DNA of 60,126 nucleotides from an uncultured bacterium (lineage in GTDB: Bacteria > Zixibacteria > MSB-5A5 > GN15 > PGXB01): assembly GCA_965602655.1 (NCBI GenBank), contig CBFCZE010000001.1, positions 1 to 60,126 of the forward strand. Reading direction: 5' to 3'. Shown piece after piece: positions 53,540 to 60,126 of the stretch. Position 1 is the first letter of the stretch. Each line of letters starts with the position of its first letter. The notes under the pieces are model-generated. The model was given only the letters and a program-made list of their open reading frames with translations, was not told where the DNA came from and made no database searches. The position numbers were made by a program, and so were the translations under genes.

Positions 53540-56446
53540 ATGGTTGCGCCGAAAAAGAAAAAAATCAGCAAAGCAGCAAAGGCACCAAAGAAAAAATCAA
53601 AAAAAATGCTGGAAGAAAAAAAGAAAACTGTTAAAAAGCTTATTACACCAAAGAAAAAAACTGCAAAGGTCAAAAAAGTGAAAAAGAATGAAAAGAAGAT
53701 AATAAGTAAATCCACAAATAAAACAACGAAGAAATCCGCCAAAACCAAAGCAGTAAAACTTGCAGCGACTAATCCACCATATTATTTCTTTGGAGGTGGT
53801 AAAGCAGATGGTGATTTAACAATGCGCGATCTACTTGGCGGAAAAGGCGCCGGATTGGCCGAGATGAGTCGAATTGGGATAAATGTTCCTCCTGGTTTTA
53901 CCATTACCACCGAGGTTTGCGATCTGTACTACAAAAACAACATGGAAATTCCCAAGGATATTGATAAAGATCTTGAAAAACAGATTGCCAAAATTGAAAA
54001 ACTGGTTGGCCTGAAATTCGGCGACCCGGACAAGCCGCTTTTGGTTTCAGTTAGATCGGGTGCCAAATTTTCGATGCCGGGCATGATGGATACTGTTCTG
54101 AACCTCGGTCTGAACGAAGAAACATTAAAAGGTTTCACGGATATAACCGGCAATGAACGTTTTGTCTTTGACAACTATCGTAGATTTATTCAGATGTTTG
54201 GCAATGTTGTTCTCGATATTGATAAAGAAAAGTTCGAAGGTATCATCGAGGCAAAAAAGAAAGGCAGAAAAATCAGGCAGGATTCGTCGCTTCAAGTGGC
54301 CGATCTCAATGATATTATCAAAAAATTCAAACAGGTCATCAAACACAAAACAGGGGAGCCGTTCCCGAATGATCCGTTTATACAATTACGCATGGCCCGC
54401 GACGCTGTTTTTCGCTCATGGAACAATCCCCGAGCGATAAGCTATCGGAAATTGAATAATATTCCTGGCAATCTTGGGACGGCAGTTAATGTCCAAACGA
54501 TGGTTTTTGGCAATATGGGTAATACGTCCGGAACCGGTGTTGGCTTTACACGTAATCCCGCCAACGGTAAAAAGGAATTTTATGGTGAATATCTTCTTAA
54601 TGCCCAGGGCGAGGATGTTGTGGCCGGAATCAGAACACCGCGACCGATTGCTGAACTGAATCAAGAGATGCCGGGTGTTTTCAAGCAGTTAAAGTCTATT
54701 ACTACCAAACTTGAAAAGCATTATCGTGATGTTCAAGATTTTGAATTTACTATCCAGGACGGCAAATTGTATATGCTTCAAACCCGGACTGGTAAAAGAA
54801 CCGTCCAGGCCGCACTAAAGATAGCCGTTGATATGGTCAAAGAAAAACTGATTACAAAAGAAGAAGCATTGATGCGGATTGAACCGGCACAGCTGGATCA
54901 ATTATTACATCCGCGACTTGATCCAAGTGCCAAATACGAATCGATTGCCCAGGGATTGCCGGCTTCTCCGGGAGCGGCATCCGGTAAAGTGTTCTTTACT
55001 TCCGAAGATGCCGTGGCTCATGCCAAAGAAAGCAAGGGTATTATACTTGTAAGGCAGGAAACCAATCCTGATGATATCGAGGGTATGAATGCGGCTCGCG
55101 GCATTTTAACGTCGCGCGGCGGAATGACTTCTCATGCGGCGGTGGTGGCACGCGGAATGGGTAAGAGTTGTGTCGCCGGCTGTGAGGCAGTACGCGTTCG
55201 TCATGCCAAAAAACAGATGCAGATTGGCAAACTTATGATCAAAGAAGGCGATGTTATTACCATCAATGGTTCCACCGGTGAGGTGATGCTGGGTGCTGTC
55301 TCTACAATTGAGCCCGAACTGTCGGGCGAGTTTGGCGAATTTATGAGTTGGGCCGACGATATCAGAAAGCTGGGTGTAAGGGCCAACGCCGATACTCCCA
55401 AGGATGCCAATCAGGCCAAGAAATATGGTGCTGAGGGAATCGGTTTATGTCGTACCGAACATATGTTCTTTGCCGAGGAAAGATTACCAATTGTCCAGGA
55501 TATGATTCTGGCCGAGACAACCGAAGATCGTATGGTTGCTCTTGATAAACTTCTTCCATTTCAGAAAAAAGATTTCAAGGGCCTTTTTGAGGCAATGAAC
55601 GGAATGCCGGTTACGATCAGAACGCTTGATCCGCCTCTGCATGAATTTTTGCCGGATCGTAAGCAGATTGAAAAAGAGCTTGAAGAACTGGATAAAAAAG
55701 ATGACGATTATGATGAGAAAAATGACCGGCTGAGCAAGATACTGCGTCGGATTGATGAACTAAAAGAGATTAACCCGATGCTGGGTCATCGTGGATGCCG
55801 ATTGGGAATTGTCTATCCCGAGATTACCGAAATGCAGGTGAGAGCAATTATCGAAGCCGCCTGCGAGGTAAACAAAAAGGGCAAAAAGGCCTTTCCGGAG
55901 ATTATGATTCCGCTGGTTGGTCATATCAATGAGTTCAAAAATCAAAAGGAAGTTGTTGAGCGGATTATCGGCGAGACGGTGAAGAAATATCGCACCCGGA
56001 AACTTGATTATTTGATAGGGACTATGATTGAAATCCCAAGGGCTGCTTTAACGGCCGACGAAATCGCCGGCGAGGCCCAATTCTTCAGCTATGGCACCAA
56101 CGATCTGACTCAGATGGCGATGGGCTTCTCTCGCGACGACGCCGGTAAATTCCTCCGTTACTATGTTGATAAAGGAATTTTGCCGAGCGATCCATTTATT
56201 TCAATCGACCAGAACGGCGTCGGACAGTTGATTGAGATGGCAACCGAAAAAGGCAGATCTGCCAATGCTAATCTGAAAATCGGTATCTGCGGTGAGCATG
56301 GCGGCGATCCCGATTCGATTGAGTTTTGTCATCGAATCGGACTCAACTACGTTTCCTGCTCTCCATTCAGGGTTCCGATTGCGCGGTTGTCTGCCGCTCA
56401 GGCGACAATAAAAGAGAAAACAAAAACCGCCGAACGCGATAAATAG
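53540..56446 (+). CDS. ppdK: pyruvate, phosphate dikinase with ~78-aa Lys-rich N-terminal extension
   Basis: ATG 53540 (GGAGG upstream). Canonical PPDK blocks MRDLLGGKGAGLAEM, catalytic His loop TSRGGMTSHAAVVARGMGK, GLCRTEHMFF, IGICGEHGGDP. Preceded by MVAPKKKKISKAAKAPKKKSKK...KTKAVKLAATN (53540-53773). Confidence 0.93.
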   Translation: MVAPKKKKISKAAKAPKKKSKKMLEEKKKTVKKLITPKKKTAKVKKVKKNEKKIISKSTNKTTKKSAKTKAVKLAATNPPYYFFGGGKADGDLTMRDLLGGKGAGLAEMSRIGINVPPGFTITTEVCDLYYKNNMEIPKDIDKDLEKQIAKIEKLVGLKFGDPDKPLLVSVRSGAKFSMPGMMDTVLNLGLNEETLKGFTDITGNERFVFDNYRRFIQMFGNVVLDIDKEKFEGIIEAKKKGRKIRQDSSLQVADLNDIIKKFKQVIKHKTGEPFPNDPFIQLRMARDAVFRSWNNPRAISYRKLNNIPGNLGTAVNVQTMVFGNMGNTSGTGVGFTRNPANGKKEFYGEYLLNAQGEDVVAGIRTPRPIAELNQEMPGVFKQLKSITTKLEKHYRDVQDFEFTIQDGKLYMLQTRTGKRTVQAALKIAVDMVKEKLITKEEALMRIEPAQLDQLLHPRLDPSAKYESIAQGLPASPGAASGKVFFTSEDAVAHAKESKGIILVRQETNPDDIEGMNAARGILTSRGGMTSHAAVVARGMGKSCVAGCEAVRVRHAKKQMQIGKLMIKEGDVITINGSTGEVMLGAVSTIEPELSGEFGEFMSWADDIRKLGVRANADTPKDANQAKKYGAEGIGLCRTEHMFFAEERLPIVQDMILAETTEDRMVALDKLLPFQKKDFKGLFEAMNGMPVTIRTLDPPLHEFLPDRKQIEKELEELDKKDDDYDEKNDRLSKILRRIDELKEINPMLGHRGCRLGIVYPEITEMQVRAIIEAACEVNKKGKKAFPEIMIPLVGHINEFKNQKEVVERIIGETVKKYRTRKLDYLIGTMIEIPRAALTADEIAGEAQFFSYGTNDLTQMAMGFSRDDAGKFLRYYVDKGILPSDPFISIDQNGVGQLIEMATEKGRSANANLKIGICGEHGGDPDSIEFCHRIGLNYVSCSPFRVPIARLSAAQATIKEKTKTAERDK

Positions 56447-56483
56447 GTGACATTTCGATTTTCTTCGGTGAATTAAATGCAAA

Positions 56484-56511
56484 AAGCCTCCGTTTAAACG
56501 GAGGCTTTTTT
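56484..56511. terminator. bidirectional rho-independent terminator between ppdK and the S8 protease gene
   Basis: AAGCCTCCGTTT/AAACGGAGGCTT, a perfect 12-bp palindrome (56484-56507) flanked by AAAAA upstream and TTTTT downstream. The genes are convergent. Confidence 0.8.
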
Positions 56512-56573
56512 ATAATATTATTTGTCGTCAGGACCTCTGTAATAAATCCTGCACTTGAAAATGGCAGTTCTGC

Positions 56574-59369
56574 CTATTTTGCCGGTAAACTACATGGGCA
56601 GGGATCCGGTCCGCCTTTATATTTATAGTTTTGTAAATATACAATGTCCAGGATATTTACGTATCCATCACAATTAACATCTGCCCGATTAACCGGATCC
56701 GGTGCAGGCCCTTCTTTATATTTATAATTTATGATATATACTATATCCAGTACATTTATGCCTTCAATACCATCAATTTCCCCGCAAATATATGACGGCT
56801 GTTCAGGGATTTTAACAATGTGGCTGTGTCCATAACTTTCACCTGGCGCGGTCCGACTGCCGCAGATGGCAAAACCGCTATCCGAGGTTTGGATTATCTC
56901 CTGAGGATATTCATCGACGGATTCTTCTAATATCTGCTCCCAATGCAAATTGCCACAAGCATTTGTCTTAATTAATACAATATCTCTTGCTGATTGACCA
57001 GCTGCATCGGTTTCTCCGGTAATGACAAAACTGCCATCCGTTATCTCTTTAATTCCCCATCCGCGTTCATTATAGCTTTGCTCGCCAAAAGTCTTTGACC
57101 AGCATTCATTCCCATCCGAATCCATCTTCAACATAAATATATTTTCATCTGATAAAAGAGGATCTTCTATAATGCCAGTGCAAATGTACCCGTTATCCGA
57201 CGTCAATTCCATATCAAAAACCATAATGTTTTTATTTGACTCATCGTATATAGCGGTTTTGGTGGTGTCTAAATTGTTATCTAACCAGAGAAAATAGGCT
57301 GATTCATTATTGGCTGTTGCCATAACAATATAGCCCCCAAAGTGATCCTCCAAAATCCGTCGTCCATCCTCGTCGGCTGTAATACCATATTGACCATACT
57401 GCACAGTCTGGAGGCTGTCGCCATTTGCGCCGTCTATTTTCATTATAAGTACATCGTTATTACCGGATGGATTTCCGCACGTTCCCGTGATAAGAAAATC
57501 GCCGCCTGAGTTTTCCAGGACGCCAGATCCGCTTTGTTCATAAAGCCCACCATAGGTCCTATTCCAAATTTCGTTTCCCTCCGAATCGGCTTTAATCACA
57601 AAGACATCCCTATCAATAGCCTGCGATCCATAAACGCCCACAATAAGATATCCGCCGTCTGATGTCTGTATGAATTGCCGTGCGAATAAATCTTCGGTGG
57701 CAGAATATTCTATTGAATTGGACCACTCCATACAGCCGAAGGCATTTATCCTTTGCAGATAAATATTAAAATCGCTTGCAATCGATTCATTATAATCAAA
57801 ACCATTTATAAGACAGATGTAACCTCCGTCAGATGTCTGACATATATCAACGGCATAATCGGATGTATTGACAGCATATGTTTGATTCCACTCATCGGAA
57901 ATGTCATTGGGACATTTGACTTTTGATACATTTATCCGTCCTGAGCCCATTTTTAAGGAATGTTCCAGGTCCAGGTACGGCCGAATATTATCCACGCTAG
58001 ACTCCGTTAACCATGAAATAACCTGATTTGTATTCCATTGCGGCCAATGGGACCAAATTAGCGCCGCGACAGCGGCAGTCATGGGAGACGCCATTGAGGT
58101 ACCGCTTTTTATCGACCAAAAATCGGTTTCCGGCTCTTGTTCTGTATGATAAGTACTTACTATATTAGTTCCCGGAGCTGATATATCAATCCAAAAGCCA
58201 TAGTTTGAGAAATCAGCCTTTTTGTCAAGCGAATCTGTCGCGGCCACAGATATAACAGCGGCATTTTCAAGACCATTGATATAATCCGGCACTTGAGAGT
58301 TAATATTGCCGGCCGATTTAAAAATAATTCCGTCATTAGCCAAAAAATATGCAATGGCATCATCCAGATTCCCGCTATTGTCAGATGGCCAGCTGCAATT
58401 CGCTATTTTGGCGCCATTATTTGCCGCGTAGTAAAATGCCTGAGCCGCCATAGCCATATTTGTCTGGGAATCCCCCACTCTCAAAGCCATTATTTTTACA
58501 CCGTTCCCTTCAGTTGGAAGGCTTCCGCTTTGCCAGCCGCCCGCCACTCCACATGATCCGTAGCCATCATTGGTTCCGGCCGCAATAATACCGGCCACAT
58601 GCGTTCCGTGACCATTCCCGTCACGCGGATCATTATCGTCTGAGTGAAAATCCCAACCGATCCAATCATCGACAAATCCATTCGAGTCATCATCTATGCC
58701 TGTTTGACCGCTTTTTTCCGCCCAGTTAATCCACATATTGCCCCTCGTTCCGCCGGGATTACTGTATGATGCATTGGCACCGCCCAAATCTTTATGAAAA
58801 TACCGTATCCCGGAATCGAGGATGGCGACAACAACATCGGAACTTCCCGTTTCGGAGTCCCATCCTTCGGGGGCGTCAATATCATGGTCGTCAGCCTTGC
58901 TAAGATGCCATTGATCGATAAACTCCGGATCGTTCGGAACGACATCAAAACTATGGATACCGATAGGCTGACTCTTTGTTATATTTTCATTTTCACTGAA
59001 GGCGGCAAGGATTTTATAAACATCAATTTCAGAATCGAATTGAATTATATAATCCCGTGATAAATCAACAATACGGCCCTCAAACATTATTGGTTTGGCA
59101 CCGGGAAATTGCGGTTTTATATCAGTAATCCTGTATTTTTCGGCTATAATATCCAGAGATCTTATACCCGTCAGGACCACTCCCTCACGGTTTTTTTGAG
59201 GATTAATTTGTCCTGCCGATTCACCGAATTGAACGACAATGAAGCCTTTTGAATAACCGATTAGAGTGGGAATATCGGGATTGTCTACCGGTTCAATATT
59301 CTCAGATTCGGCTGAGGATAAACTCAGGAAAGACAATACTCCTATGACAACGCAGATAACAAGTTTCAT
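56574..59369 (-). CDS. secreted subtilisin-like (S8) serine protease with repeat-rich middle region and C-terminal dockerin-like module
   Basis: Signal peptide. Catalytic Asp VVAILDSGI, His GNGHGTHVAGIIAAG, Ser SGTSMASPMTAAVAALI. Seven to eight ~45-aa repeats with (T/S)SDGG(Y/F) cores. C-terminus GEIDGIEGINVLDIVYIINYKYKEGPAP...DVNCDGYVNILDIVYLQNYKYKGGPDP (two dockerin-type Ca-binding repeats). Confidence 0.9.
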   Translation of the reverse strand: MKLVICVVIGVLSFLSLSSAESENIEPVDNPDIPTLIGYSKGFIVVQFGESAGQINPQKNREGVVLTGIRSLDIIAEKYRITDIKPQFPGAKPIMFEGRIVDLSRDYIIQFDSEIDVYKILAAFSENENITKSQPIGIHSFDVVPNDPEFIDQWHLSKADDHDIDAPEGWDSETGSSDVVVAILDSGIRYFHKDLGGANASYSNPGGTRGNMWINWAEKSGQTGIDDDSNGFVDDWIGWDFHSDDNDPRDGNGHGTHVAGIIAAGTNDGYGSCGVAGGWQSGSLPTEGNGVKIMALRVGDSQTNMAMAAQAFYYAANNGAKIANCSWPSDNSGNLDDAIAYFLANDGIIFKSAGNINSQVPDYINGLENAAVISVAATDSLDKKADFSNYGFWIDISAPGTNIVSTYHTEQEPETDFWSIKSGTSMASPMTAAVAALIWSHWPQWNTNQVISWLTESSVDNIRPYLDLEHSLKMGSGRINVSKVKCPNDISDEWNQTYAVNTSDYAVDICQTSDGGYICLINGFDYNESIASDFNIYLQRINAFGCMEWSNSIEYSATEDLFARQFIQTSDGGYLIVGVYGSQAIDRDVFVIKADSEGNEIWNRTYGGLYEQSGSGVLENSGGDFLITGTCGNPSGNNDVLIMKIDGANGDSLQTVQYGQYGITADEDGRRILEDHFGGYIVMATANNESAYFLWLDNNLDTTKTAIYDESNKNIMVFDMELTSDNGYICTGIIEDPLLSDENIFMLKMDSDGNECWSKTFGEQSYNERGWGIKEITDGSFVITGETDAAGQSARDIVLIKTNACGNLHWEQILEESVDEYPQEIIQTSDSGFAICGSRTAPGESYGHSHIVKIPEQPSYICGEIDGIEGINVLDIVYIINYKYKEGPAPDPVNRADVNCDGYVNILDIVYLQNYKYKGGPDPCPCSLPAK

Positions 59370-59876
59370 TTTTTGACCTCTAACATGAAATAATTGGTAA
59401 GAAAATTGTGGTATGTACTATTCGAAAAAAATATTTAGATCTTTTCACCTCCTCTGCAGAACATGCATATTATGTTTGATTGAAATTGGATAAGCTCATT
59501 TTTGTCATCAATAGGTACTATTAAATACCTGTTGCCAATAATAATTTTGTAACTCGATAGAAACGCTCGCAGTAAATCCTTACACCGTAAAGTAAAACCA
59601 TTTTAATGGCTGAATTGTTTTTTGAATTATACTACATTCCCCGATATAGTCAAGCGTTATTACGATATTTTATCGAATAAAGAGGTTAAACCTGATGGCT
59701 TTTACGAATTTACTATCAATTCAATAGTAATTCAGCCTTTTCCTGATTAACAGATGGAATCAATAATTACAAATGGTAACTCACCCAACGGGTGAGGTGA
59801 ATAAGTAGAGGGCAGTTAGACTGCAGACGAGGACGTCTTCTACGCATGTTAGACATCTGCACGATGGTATCTGTGA

Positions 59877-60093
59877 TTAACCAATAAACAAAATCCCCAC
59901 CAAATCACCGTTAATTCCGGTGTCTCACCATAAATGATATGAATGATTCCGTCAGGAAAGGGTTCCTGATGGCAGGAGAAAGGAAAATTGTCGAAACCGC
60001 AGGGGGGTTCGACCTGCGTCCAAAAACTTTTTATATGCAAAACGAACCCATTTCGTTGGACAAGTATGGAAGAGAATAGATTACAAGGAATTT
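59877..60093 (-). repeat. dispersed intergenic repeat, copy R3 (inverted relative to R1)
   Basis: Read on the minus strand: aaattccttgtaa (60093-60081), tccaacgaaatgggttc (60060-60044), atttggtggggattttgt (59905-59888), attggttaa (59885-59877). These follow the same order as in R1. The hairpin 2 copy GTCGAAaccgcaggggggTTCGAC (59990-60013) is in the plus-strand orientation. Confidence 0.55.
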
Positions 60094-60126
60094 CTACAAT
60101 AGCTGGAAAATATAAATCAATTCTTG

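Noticed and set aside
59990-60020. tRNA-like 'GGTTCGACC' hairpin as a tRNA gene or tRNA-3'-end att site of an integrated element.
   Set aside because: No acceptor, D or anticodon arms can be drawn around it, and the loop is 9-10 nt rather than 7. The same hairpin occurs at 32817-32840 with a non-T-loop sequence (ggatttcgac). No integrase is present in the window. The att-remnant idea is kept only as a remote possibility.

Overview
This is 60.1 kb of densely coding, moderately AT-rich bacterial DNA. I can recognise no rRNA, tRNA, CRISPR array, transposase or integrase in it. Gene content (PorV/PorQ-like barrel, LptE-like lipoprotein, dockerin-tagged S8 protease, FN3 'YDIRYS' repeat protein) suggests an uncultivated FCB-superphylum host; this is inference. 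The window falls into three blocks.
(i) 1-29.3 kb is a type VI secretion locus. It starts with a divergently transcribed Ser/Thr-kinase operon. A PAAR/cargo block follows: a PAAR-like protein, a 1249-aa OmpA-like + Zn-metallopeptidase protein, a beta-propeller lipoprotein, a DUF1795/Eag-like chaperone, an acidic protein and an 880-aa TM-cluster protein. Then comes clpV (split into two ORFs)-tssB-tssC-hcp-vgrG-tssE-tssF-tssG-tssK. No recognisable TssJ/L/M follows; instead there is a tail-anchored protein, a membrane-anchored GTPase-like protein and a small secreted protein.
(ii) 29.4-41.5 kb holds ordinary or accessory genes: a DUF4440-like lipoprotein, an FN3 repeat protein, an Eis-like GNAT, TetR, a TonB-C-like protein, a PNPOx-like protein, hutU-hutI, an LptE-like lipoprotein, a PorQ/V-like barrel and a CSD-like protein. 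Copies of a dispersed hairpin-containing repeat family sit between some of them.
(iii) 41.8-52.7 kb is a 12-gene operon made of three tandem, diverged copies of a four-gene all-membrane module. Subunit A has an FN3-like ectodomain, a TM and a conserved domain. B is a ~215-aa polytopic protein. C is bitopic with a ~230-aa periplasmic domain. D is a 214-274-aa polytopic protein. I cannot assign this module to any described system. Downstream lie a Lys-rich small protein, a pyruvate phosphate dikinase with a histone-H1-like N-terminal extension, and a convergent S8 protease.
The two best candidates for something undescribed are the triplicated ABCD membrane module and the non-canonical membrane end of the T6SS. 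All family calls rest on motifs, sizes and synteny read by eye; no database search or computation was run.
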